From contig NIVC01003640.1 in the NCBI GenBank assembly GCA_002269645.1, positions 1-64,000 on the forward strand: 64,000 bases of DNA, in the 5' to 3' direction. The notes beneath the pieces were generated by a model that made no database searches, was not told the DNA's origin, and saw only the letters and a program-made list of their open reading frames with translations. The position numbers were made by a program, and so were the translations under genes. Below, in pieces: positions 1 through 11,073 of this stretch (positions are counted from its first letter, which is position 1; every line of letters starts with the position of its first letter). The DNA comes from Macrostomum lignano. Taxonomy: Eukaryota.

Positions 1-59
1 TCCAGAGGCTGTGAGAGGGCTGCGATTTGAAGTCTAAATTGAAGATTGGAGTGAGGGGA

Positions 60-695
60 CATTCTGGTAGGGTGAGGGGAGATATTCTGGTAGGGTGAGG
101 GGAGATATTCTAGTAGGGTGAGGGGAGATATTCTGGTAGTGTGAATGGAGATTTCTGGTAGGGTGAATGGAGATATTCTGGTAGGGTGAATGGAGATATT
201 CCGGTAGGGTGAGGGGAGATTTTCTGGTAGGGTGAGGGGAGATATTCTGGTAGGGTGAATGGAGATATTCTGGTAGGGTGAGGGGAGATATTCTGGTAGG
301 GTGAATGGAGATACTCTGGTAGGGTAAAGGGAAATATTCTAGTAGGGTGAGGGGAGATATTCTGTTAGAGTGAGGAGAGATATTCTGGTAGGGTGAGGAG
401 AGATATTCTGTTAGAGTGAGGAGAGATATTCTGGTAGGGTGAGGAGAGATATTCTGGTAGGGCGAGGGGAGATATTCTGGTAAGGTGAGGGGAGATATTC
501 TGGTAGGGTGAGGGGAGATATTCTGGTAGGGTGAATGGAGATACTCTGGTAGGGTAAAGGGAAATATTCTAGTAGGGTGAGGGGAGATATTCTGTTAGAG
601 TGAGGAGAGATATTCTGGTAGGGTGAGGAGAGATATTCTGGTAGGGCGAGGGGAGATATTCTGGTAAGGTGAGGGGAGATATTCTGGTAGGGTGG
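60..695. repeat. Minisatellite, 23-bp unit GGGGAGATATTCTGGTAGGGTGA
   Basis: Direct tandem copies; a variant block recurs at 301 and 531 (230-bp higher-order repeat). ORFs across it are repeat artefacts. Confidence 0.95.
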
Positions 696-1559
696 GGGGA
701 TTCCGGCTGAGCGAGAGTGGCAGCTCTGAAACCGGAGGGTGTGCAGTCCGGTACAAGTGCACCCACACTCGAGCACGCCGGTCCGTCCTCAAGCGCGCGT
801 CACTCGCGCGGTTCCGCACGCCGATCAATCAATCAAAGCCGAACACCGCACCAGTCTGCGTGACCCCATTGTCACCGGCCGACACGAGAGCCGCGATTTC
901 CTGCCCTGTTAAAATTGCTTGCAAAGCCTTTTGCTGCCGAAACCTGCGGCAAAATTTGTTGCGAGTGAAAACTTCTTCTCACGTGCATCCGGAATGTTTT
1001 TGGTTCCATTTCTCGTGATTTGGCGCCAACAAGGTGCAAATTAAGCCCCTGGGAGCTTTCGGCAATTCATACCAAGTAAATAGAGTTCGGCGCGGCAAGG
1101 ACACAGCATTTGGCGCCAAGTGAACAGAGTTCGGCGCGGCAAGGACACAGCATTTGGCGCCAAGTGAACAGAGTTCAGTTTGCACTTTAAAAAAGCGGCC
1201 AGCGGGAACCTGGGACAGCGAAATGGATGAAGCCGCGGCCCCCCCCCCTGTGCTCATAAATAAACAAACTGTGAGCCGCTCGCTCGCCCCATCGCTCATG
1301 CCGCCCCCCCCCCCCGGCATGTCACTCGCCATCCCCCCGTGACCTCGCTCGCCCCCCGGCAATCATTTCACACCGCCGATGAAGTGGAAGGCCGCTGTGT
1401 GCAGATGAGGCAGACATCTCCAATCTACCCGAGCTGCCTTCAAGAGAACGGCCCAAGCCGCTTCATCATATTGATCTGCAGCCGCCCAGCCTCCCGAATA
1501 TTGCAGTCGTTTGAAGTCGGCGCTTCTTCATCTAGGCGGCGGATCTGCATCACAGATGC

Positions 1560-1798
1560 AGCATAGGGCTCGGTGGGATATGTAGGTTAAGCTGAGCTGG
1601 TCGCGGTTAGCACGACTGGGGGGGGGGTCGCCACACACCCTCAGTTACCCCAGCTAATGCTGGCACCCATTTTACAGCTGGGTGGAGGACTGAAGCAATG
1701 CAGAGTCAAGCTTCTTGCTCAAGGACACAAATTGTTCCGACTGGGTCGCGGATCGAATCCCCGACCTCTGTAGCCAGCAGTTACAATCCAATTTACGC
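1560..1798 (-). mobile_element. tRNA-derived SINE with CORE(MIR)-like central domain, copy 1
   Basis: Minus strand reads a tRNA-like head with B-box-like GGATTCGATCC, then TGTGTCCTTGAGCAAGAAGCTTGACTCTGCATTGCTTCAGTCCTCCACCCAGCTGTAAAATGGG, which resembles the MIR CORE as I recall it. A homologous copy lies at about 52420-52680. Confidence 0.7.
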
Positions 1799-2444
1799 TA
1801 CAAATAAAAAATCCAAACGCTGGCTCATAATTTGTTAACTTTATTATTACTAAGAAGCACATGCCGGCTCAGCGGACGCTAATAATTTATTATTTATTTA
1901 TTGATTTAGTTATAAAAAAGGCAAAAATGAAGCAAGCAGCTTTAGCAAATTCGGCAACTTCAGAGTGGCGAGCTCAGGTGCGCGAGCCCAGGACGCACTC
2001 GGCTGAGCACAAGCGGAAAGTCACACAGAAAAACACAAGAAAGAAGTATGAAAAAATCGAAGAAACTCAAAGAAAATCCCTTCCCCAGATCAGCGAGGCG
2101 GGCAGGCAGATGAAGCTGGGAGACTGGAGAAGCGGCGGAGAGGCGAGGCGGCCGGGGAGCCCCCGCTGCTCACACAAAGGAGAGGCTTTCTCTCGAATCT
2201 TGCAAACACGCGGGCCGCGGGAGGCAGGGGTCCAGGTGACATTTCGCACGGCCTGAGCACTCTGCTGGGCGGGAGAGGCGGGCTGACACCCGAGACGGCT
2301 GTTCACACAGCCCAGCAGGAGGAAGTCAACGCTGTTGGATGGGTACCGGAGCCAAGGGTCAGAGATGGGGCAGATGTGAGGGACAAAAGCGAGGTCAGGT
2401 GGAGTCAGTTGGGCTCAAGGGGGTCAGACGTAGAGGTCAGAAGT

Positions 2445-2640
2445 GGTGTCAGCCGGGGGTCAGTCGGGGCCAGTCGGGGTCAGTTGGCGGGGTCAGTGGG
2501 GGTCAGTCGGGGTCAGTTGGCGGGGTCAGTGGGGGTCAGTGGGGGTCAGTCGGGGGCCAGTCGGGGGTCAGTTGGCGGGGTCAGTGGGGGTCAGTCGGGG
2601 GTCAGTTGGCGGGGTCAGTGGGGGTCAGTCGGGGGTCAGT
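2445..2640. repeat. GGGGTCAGT-type minisatellite (10-11 bp units) starting at the ankyrin gene stop codon
   Basis: Tandem GGGGTCAGT(C/G/T) units; the TGA stop at 2638-2636 lies inside the first unit on the minus strand. Confidence 0.9.
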
Positions 2641-5417
2641 CATCAGCGCCGGTGCCGGCCGCAGTGGCCCGGGCCAGCAGCTCATGGATGTCGGAGTCCC
2701 CGGCATCCTCGGCCAGCTGCAACGCCGTCTGCCCGGCCATGGGGAGGCTGGGATCGGCCCCGTGCTCCAGCAGGTAGCTCACCAGCTGGCTGTGGCCTGC
2801 GGGCAAGGCATTCAATCTCTGTCTCACCCTCCATCTCAGTCTCACCCTCCATCTCAGTCTCACCCTCCATCTCAGTCTCACCTTCCGTCTCAGTCTCACC
2901 CTCCTCTCTGTCTCACCCTCCCTCTCTGTCTCACCCTCCCTCTCAGTCTCACCCTCCGTCTCAGTCTCACCCTCCATTTCAGTCTCACCCTCCCTCACAG
3001 ACTCACCCTCCCTCACAGTCTCACCCTCCGTCTCAGACTCACCCTCCCTCTCAGACTCACCCTCCCTTTCAGTCTCACCCTCCGTCTCAGTCTCACCCTC
3101 CGTCTTAGTCTCACCCTCCGTCTTAGTCTCACCCTCCGTCTTAGTCTCACCCTCCGTCTCAGTCTCACGCTTTCATTTAGCCTCAGCCCTCAGCCTGACC
3201 CCCAATCTTCAGGCCCTGCCCGCCGAGTTCCCGCGGCCCCGGCTGCTCAGCTCACCGTACATGACGGCTAAATGCAGCGGGGTGCAGCTGTCGCACAGCG
3301 CATTGGCCAGGTTCACGTTGGCCCGGCCGTGTTGCACCAGCAGCTCCGCCAGCTGCAGGTTGCCTGCGGTGGCGGCCAGGTGCAGCGCGCTGTTGCCAGT
3401 GTCCGAGGGGACGTCCACGGGCGGGTCCGGCTGCAGCCGCTTCAGCAGGTACCTGGGAGGGTAATTGGGCAGGTGGACAGGCATGTAAAGTGAATTGATA
3501 GCATACTGATAGATTGATAAACTGGTGGATAAACTGATAAACTGGTGGACAAACTGATAAACTGGTGGACAAACTGATAAACTGGTGGACAAACTGATAA
3601 ACTGGTGGACAAACTGATAAACTGGTGGACAAACTGATAAACTGGTGGACAAACTGATAAACTGGTGGATAAACTGATAAACTGGTGGATAAACTGATAA
3701 ACTGGTAGATAAACTGATAAACTGGTGGATAAACTGATAAACTGGTGGATAAACTGATAAACTGGTGGATAAACTGATAAACGGGTGGATAAACTGATAA
3801 ACTGGTGGATAAACTTATAAACTGGGGATAAACAGATAAACTGGTAGATAAACTGATAAAATGGTGGATAAACTGACAAAACTAGGGATAAACAGATAAA
3901 CTGGTGGATAAACTTATAAACTGGGGATAAACAGATAAACTGGTAGATAAACTGATAAAATGGTGGATAAACTGATAAACTGGTGGATAAACTGATAAAC
4001 TGGTGGATAAACTGATAAACTGGTGGATAAACTGATAAACTGGTGGATAAACTGATAAACTGTTGGACAAACTGATAAACTCATGGATAAACTTATAAAC
4101 TGATGGATAAATAGAGAAACAGATGGATAAACAGAGAGAAACAGATGGATAAACAGAGACGTAGATGGATAAACAGAGAAACAGATGGATAAACAGAGAA
4201 ACTGATGGATAAACAGAGAAACTGATGGATAAACAGAGAGAAACAGATTGATAAAGAGAGGCAAAACAGGGCCACCTGAAGCCCACCTGAGAGTCCGCAG
4301 CTGGGCTGAATTCTCCTTGCTGCGCTGGGCGCAGGTGACGCTCAGGAAGATGAGGTTGCGGCTCTGCCCGTCCCGGAAGGTCCTGGATCGAGCTTGCCGC
4401 TCAGACAGAAATAGTGCAGCACCTCCACGTAGCCTTGTCTGAAAATGTGGTTGAAAAAAAGTTGTTACTTGCTACTGAAACCAAATCAAACAGTAGACTG
4501 TTGCGCGCATGAAAAGATTTTTGCTGAGCAACGGCTGGCGCCACTCACTGCACGCAGCGAACCACTCGGCCCTCCAGCCGGTCTCCGAACCCCGGCACCT
4601 CGGTGGCTGGCGGCCGGAAGTCGCCGCGGTCCACCAGTGCCCGATAGAAGTTGGCGACGGCCGTCCACACCGAGCAGATGGCGAAGCTGCGCAGCGCCAG
4701 CAGCCACTCCGCGTGCTGCCGGACGTCCGTGGCCAGGCGGACATCCGTGAGCAGTCGGCGGCAGTCGGCGTGCGACCGGCCGGCCGTGAGGGTGTCCAGG
4801 TAGTCCAGGAAGGTGTGCGCGCCGCGGGCCGACAGCAGGCGGTCGGGGAATTCGCGGAAGACGGCCAGCAGGAGGCGGCGCAGCTCGGACTGCGGCACGG
4901 GGGCAGCGGCCGCGGTGCCGGACTTGAAAGCGAAGGCGAGCTGGTCGAGCAGGCAGCCGTGCTCCAGGCGGAACAGGTCCTGCTTGGCCTCCTCCGGGAA
5001 GGCTGTCAGCCAGAAGTGCGCCAAGTCAACGAAGTGGTCGTCGCTGAGGCACCAGCGGCTGAGGTCGGCCAGCTGGTCGTTGGCGCGGCCGAGCAGGCGG
5101 GCGATGAAGTCGGCGTCAGCGCGGGCCAGCAGGCCGGCCAGGCTGTCCGGCTGCACCGGCGGCAGCTTTTTGGCCGCTCTGGCTTTTGCGCTGCTCGCCA
5201 CTGCCTGCGGCGGTGCTGGCGGTGGCGGCGGCGGCGAAGGCGGCAGCGGCAGCGGCGGGTGGCGGGCGCTGAGGACGGTGTCCGGACGCAGGATGGACGC
5301 GGCGTAGGCCTCGTTGTCGTCCGAGTCGCCGGAGTCGGCCGAGTTGTCCGACAGGCCGCGGCCGGCCAGGCGGGACACGCAGATGAGCTCGCGGAGGTCC
5401 TTGACGCCGCGGCTCAT
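2636..5417 (-). CDS. Ankyrin-repeat protein with unrecognised N-terminal domain (4 exons, about 459 aa, one frameshift)
   Basis: Exons 5417-4549, 4438-4287, 3452-3256, 2796-2636, all GT-AG. Junctions read RCVQ|QGYVEVLHYF, LRTLR|YLLKRL and LHLAVMYG|HSQLVSYLL. Ankyrin motifs GNSALHLAATAG, CTPLHLAVMYG, GQTALQLA. Exon sum 1379 nt is one base short; frame slips at about 4385 (GATCC/AGGACC). Confidence 0.8.
2820..3170. repeat. 18-bp minisatellite TCTCAGTCTCACCCTCCC in ankyrin gene intron 3
   Basis: Tandem copies; the sense strand of most units contains AGG/GTGAGA, a donor-like motif. Confidence 0.95.
3505..4255. repeat. 20-bp minisatellite GATAAACTGATAAACTGGTG (drifting to GATGGATAAACAGAGAAACT) in ankyrin gene intron 2
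   Basis: Direct tandem copies with gradual unit turnover along the array. Confidence 0.95.
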
Positions 5418-6677
5418 CTCGCTGCTGCTGGCTGCAGCCGGGCTGAGCTCTGGGCAGAGACTGCAGGAGTGAAAAGATTCTTTTTTTCTCGTCACTGGGC
5501 ACAGACGCGAGGCTGGCAACGGCGGCGGGCGCCGGGCCCCGGTTGGCTGGGCCGGCGACGCAGCGGGTGCAGCAATTGTGGCTAAATAAATTGTTGCAAC
5601 TACTGACAGTAGCTTGTTGCAGCTAATGCTTATTTTCTGGTCAATTCTTAAAAAACTCGCTGGCTTCTTTTAGTAGATTAGGCGATTTTTAATATAAAAA
5701 ATTTGCTAACCAGGAGTATGACATGAAATGGGAGGCCACCTAGTCTAGAGACTTATAAACGGAGGCACCCTGTCCCCATGACAGGGCTACCCTAGTTGTG
5801 TTACTAACAGTAGCATATTCAACATCAAATGACAAAACCAAGCGCCCGAACTGACAAAAAATCAATGCGCGCCCGTCTGTCTGTCGGTCAGCGATCGGCT
5901 CTGATCGGGAGAAAGCAACTTTCTTTGGTTACTGAAAGCAAAAACAGGCAAAAACAGACAAAAACAGACGCAAAGACAGATCGACAAGGACGCTATGAAA
6001 CAATTTGATTATTAAAAGTCGGACTGACTTATCAGTAAGGCTTGAATATAAAATAGCTGATTACGTAATAATCAAGACAAATTTAACACGGATGAAACCG
6101 ATGGTGACTGTAAGTAGTATGTACAGAGTGCTGAAGGCATTATTCGCCAGTGCAAGCAAAAATTCAGAGAAACTCTTGAAAAATAAACCGATTCAAATTA
6201 GTTGCAATTCTGTACACAAAAATGTGATGCTTCACTGGGATTGTGGCAGCAGAATATGATGGAACATTGGAGGGGATAAATATGCACTATGTATTCGCAT
6301 CAGTAATTCAATGCGTTTGAAATCCTGCATAGTCTCGGAGGCAAAATAGAATAATGCTACAACACAAACTCTAAGGGCATATATTTAAACAGTTTATCAA
6401 TGAGAAACTAGACGGTGATTTCAGTCAATGGTTTAAGTGGTAAGCATGTCAGTAAATAAGCTTACGTTTCACATGACTATGGCATGCGATATAAATAGAA
6501 ATCGACTCAATTAAGTTAAATAAAGAGCAATTTTAACCCCTAGGGGTCAATAAATGTCACGAAAAACATCCAGAACATTTAAGGTCAAGATAAACTATTT
6601 AAGGACATGATGAACTTCTAATAATTTTCGAGAAGAGCTTCCGGGTTAGCTGAATTCGAGCCAAACCGCGAGATATC

Positions 6678-7033
6678 GGGGGGGGGGGGCAGTCCAGCGG
6701 CCCGGGCTCGATTCCAAGTGCAGTCGCATTAATTTGGGGCTGAATTGGAATCTCGGCTTGGCTCTGCTCGTGAAATTAACGCCTTTGAGAGCCACTCCCA
6801 CAAGGCACAGTGAAGTGTACATGCCTAACGTGAAATAAAGTTTGGGCTGCTGTACACTCCTGTGTGAGTGTGTGCCTGTGCGTATGACTGCGTACGTATC
6901 CGCGCGCTTGTGCGCCTGCTCAGGGGAGTCGGCGGAATGGGCAGCAATGCCTCTCGCTGGTTGTGTGACAATGTCGCTTAAAGTGCGCCAGGGTGCACCC
7001 AGCCCCCTGCCTCTAATAATAAATTAATAAAAA
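6678..7033 (+). mobile_element. tRNA-derived SINE family B, copy 1 (head partly deleted)
   Basis: B-box-like GGCTCGATTCC and A-rich tail; colinear with the inverted copy at 15731-16091. Confidence 0.75.
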
Positions 7034-7085
7034 CCTCAAGGTCAATTAAGGTCAAGATTGACCTCGGGGTCAATTGAGGTCAATA

Positions 7086-10000
7086 TCAACCTTCCAGATC
7101 AAGTGGGACAAAAGTGTAACAACAGTTTGCGCGAGCTGGGTCGCGAGGAAAGCTCTGCTCACTAAAGGTCAGCGCATTCTCAGAGGTCGCGGTCGGCCAG
7201 GTCCTGCTCCCTGGCGGAGCGTCATCTTCGCCTCCGCCGCCGCCACCGTAGTAATAATAGTAGGGCGACTGCTGCGGCGACGAGGAGGACATCGGCGAGG
7301 CGGGCGGCGAGGTGGACGAGGCGACGCTTCCGTCCACGTCGGGGATGGAGTCGGCGGAGGCGGAGACGTCAGACTGGTTCACCGCGGCGGCGGCGATGCT
7401 GTCAGCACCCCCCGCCCCTGCCACTCCGGCGCCGGGCGAGTCAACTGCTGCCGACTTCTCGGCGACAACCGCGGCCACGTCCGCCGCCGCAGCTGCTGCA
7501 TTTTCCGGCGAGGCGGCGAGAATCCGGCGGCCGGTGGCGGGTCGCGGGCCAGCGACGGCAGTAGACGGGTCGGCAACGCCAGGGGCGCCGGGGCCGGCGA
7601 CCAGCAGCGGGCCGAGCTGCGGCGTGAGGAACAGCGCGAATGACAGGCAGAGAATGAAGAGGCCGGTGCCGGTGGCCTTGCCAGCCGTGGAGGTCAGGCT
7701 GAGGCCGGAGCTGCGCAGGAAGGCCTGCAGCCGGCGAACTGCGCCAAGCAGCCGGCGGTTCTGCTGCTCCAGGCCGGTGCAGCGGTCGCGCAGGGCGGCG
7801 TTCTCGGCGGCCGAGCCTTTGACGCGGAGCTCCAGGCCGCGTACGTACTCCTGGGTGGGGTGATGGATGCTTGACAGGTTGGGACTGTACATGTAGCATG
7901 CGCTGGGTCAGGGTGTCACACAGTGGGTCAGGGTGTCACACAGTGGGTCAGGTGTCACACAGTGGGTCAGGGTGTCACACAGTGGGTCAGGGTGTCACAC
8001 AGTGGGTCAGGTGTCACACAGTGGGTCAGGGTGTCACACAGTGGGTCAGATGTCACACAGTGAGTCAGGTTGTCACACAGTGGGTCAGGTGTCACACAGT
8101 GAGTCAGGTTGTCACACAGTGGGTCAGGTGTCACACAGTGGGTCAGGGTGTCACACAGTGGGTCAGGTGTCACACAGTGAGTCAGGTTGTCACACAGTGG
8201 GTCAGGGTGTCACACAGTGGGTCAGGTGTCACACAGTGGGTCAGGTGTCACACAGTGGGTCAGGGTGTCACACAGTGGGTCAGGGTGTCACACAGTGGGT
8301 CAGGGTGTCACACAGTGGGTCAGGTGTCACACAGTGGGTCAGGGTGTCACACAGTGGGTCAGGTGTCACACAGTGGGTCAGGGTGTCACACAGTGGGTCA
8401 GGGTGTCACACAGTGGGTCAGGTGTCACACAGTGGGTCAGGGTGTCACACAGTGGGTCAGGTGTCACACAGTGGGTCAGGTGTCACACAGTGAGTCAGGT
8501 TGTCACACAGTGGGTCAGGTGTCACACAGTGGGTCAGGTGTCACACAGTGAGTCAGGTTGTCACACTGTGGGTCAGGTGTCACACAGTGAGTCAGGTTGT
8601 CACACAGTGGGTCAGGGTGTCACACAGTGGGTCAGGTGTCACACAGTGAGTCAGGTTGTCACACAGTGGGTCAGGTGTCACACAGTGGGTCAGGGTGTCA
8701 CACAGTGGTCAGGGTTTCACACAGTGGGTCAGGGTGTCACACAGTGGGTCAGGGTTTCACACAGTGGGTCAGGGTGTCACACAGTGGGTCAGGTTGTCAC
8801 ACTGTGGGTCAGGGTGTCACACAGTGGGTCAGGGTGTCACACAGTGGGTCAGGGTGTCACACAGTGGGTCAGGGTGTCACACAGTGGGTCAGGGTGTCAC
8901 ACAAAGGGTCAGGGTGTCACACAGTGGGTCAGGTGTCACACAGTGAGTCAGGTTGTCACACTGTGGGTCAGGTGTCACACAGTGAGTCAGGTTGTCACAC
9001 TGTGGGTCAGGTGTCACACAGTGGGTCAGGTGTCACACAGTGAGTCAGGTTGTCACACTGTGGGTCAGGTGTCACACAGTGGGTCAGGTGTCACACAGTG
9101 AGTCAGGTTGTCACACTGTGGGTCAGGTGTCACACAGTGAGTCAGGTTGTCACACTGTGGGTCAGGTGTCACACAGTGAGTCAGGTTGTCACACAGTGGG
9201 TCAGGGTGTCACACAGTGGGTCAGGTGTCACACAGTGAGTCAGGTTGTCACACAGTGGGTCAGGTGTCACACAGTGGGTCAGGGTGTCACACAGTGGTCA
9301 GGGTTTCACACAGTGGGTCAGGGTGTCACACAGTGGGTCAGGGTTTCACACAGTGGGTCAGGGTGTCACACAGTGGGTCAGGTTGTCACACTGTGGGTCA
9401 GGGTGTCACACAGTGGGTCAGGGTGTCACACAGTGGGTCAGGGTGTCACACAGTGGGTCAGGGTGTCACACAGTGGGTCAGGGTGTCACACAAAGGGTCA
9501 GGGTGTCACACAGTGGGTCAGGTGTCACACAGTGAGTCAGGTTGTCACACTGTGGGTCAGGTGTCACACAGTGAGTCAGGTTGTCACACTGTGGGTCAGG
9601 TGTCACACAGTGGGTCAGGTGTCACACAGTGAGTCAGGTTGTCACACTGTGGGTCAGGTGTCACACAGTGGGTCAGGTGTCACACAGTGAGTCAGGTTGT
9701 CACACTGTGGGTCAGGTGTCACACAGTGGGTCAGGTGTCACACAGTGGGTCAGGTGTCACACAGTGGGTCAGGTTGTCACACAAAGGGTCAGGGTGTCAC
9801 ACAGTGGGTCAGGGTGTCACACAGTGGGTCAGGGTGTCACACAGTGGGTCAGGGTGTCACACAAAGGGTCAGGGTGACACACAGTGGGTCAGGGTGTCAC
9901 ACAAAGGGTCAGGGTGTCACACAGTGGGTCAGGGTGTCACACAAAGGGTCAGGGTGTCACACAGTGGGTCAGGGTGTCACACAAAGGGTCAGGGTGTCAC

Positions 10001-11073
10001 ACAGTGGGTCAGGGTGTCACACAAAGGGTCAGGGTGTCACACAGTGGGTCAGGGTGTCACACAAAGGGTCAGGGTGTCACACAGTGGGTCAGGGTGTCAC
10101 ACAGTGGGTCAGGGTGTCACACAGTGGGTCAGGGTGTCACACAAAGGGTCAGGGTGTCACACAGTGGGTCAGGGAGGGTGTCACACAGTGGGTCAGGGTG
10201 TCACACAGTGGGTCAGGGTGTCACACAGTGGGTCAGGGTGTCACACAGTGGGTCAGGGTGTCACACCTGCTTCTTGGCCCGGCTATTCTTAGCCGAAATT
10301 TTATTGCGAATTTTCCGCCTGACGGTTCGCAGGATCTGCAGCTCCTCCCGGGTCAGCGGGAAGTGGCTCGGCAGGACGGCGCCGAGCTGTCGGGCCACGC
10401 GCTGCTCCTCAGCCGTCAGCAGCAGCGGCTCGCCAGGCTGGCCCTCTGGCTTGGCGCCGATGCCTCCGCAGCCTTCCAGACCGTCGTCATCCTCGGCATC
10501 ATCCCAGATGCCGCCGCCACCGCCGCCGCTGTACAGCGCGAGGTCGTCGTCCTCAAGGTCGCCGATGGAGTAGGGCAGCTGGGCGAGCTGCCGCTTACGC
10601 CGCTTGCCGCCGCTGACGCCGCCACCAGCAGCGACGCCACCGCCACCGCCGGCGCCGCTGCCGCCGCGCAGGGGGCCGCCCGTCGAGTGGCCGGTGGGGT
10701 CGGGCAGCGGGCCGAGCTCGTAGCTGGCGTGGTCCAGGGCCTCCGCACCGGACAGGAAGGAGTCCAGGTCGAAGTTCAGCAGGTTCTCGCCGCTGCCGCC
10801 AGCCGAGGAGCCGCCGCCGGTGAAGCTGGCGAAGCCGCTGCTGCTGCCGCCGCCGCTGCCCTGGCTGTCGGGTGGCGACGGCTGCGACTGCAGGCTGAGG
10901 TCGGGCAGCGGGTCGAAGGCGGAGTCGCCGAGAAGGTCGATCTGAGGGACGCCCGCTGCCGGGGGCTGGTCGCAGGCCAGAATTCCGTCGGCCTGGTTAA
11001 ACAGCAGGTGAAGGACGTCGTCATCGGAGGCTGCTGCAGGCGGAGCAGCGGGCTGGGCAACAGCGGAGGCCAT
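7086..11073 (-). CDS. CREB3: Membrane-anchored CREB3/OASIS-family bZIP transcription factor (2 exons, 523 aa)
   Basis: Exons 11073-10267 and 7850-7086 join in phase 0 as VRRKIRNKISAKNSRAKKQ|EYVRGLELRV. Leucine zipper, hydrophobic TM segment GLFILCLSFALFL and luminal RxxL site RRIL (7529-7518) match S1P/S2P-cleaved CREB3 factors. Paralogue identity not resolved. Confidence 0.92.
7903..10266. repeat. 19-20-bp minisatellite CAGTGGGTCAGGGTGTCACA filling the CREB3 intron
   Basis: About 2.36 kb of tandem units; identical translated blocks in the ORF track (8597 vs 9186, 8656 vs 9245) show a 589-bp higher-order duplication. Confidence 0.97.

Noticed and set aside
1861-2256. 131-aa Lys/Arg-rich ORF
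   Set aside because: No motif or splice support.
4509-5585. Long antisense ORFs opposite GC-rich exons (also 24313-24970, 42300-43163, 59381-59935)
   Set aside because: Shadow ORFs expected from high GC3; no motifs.
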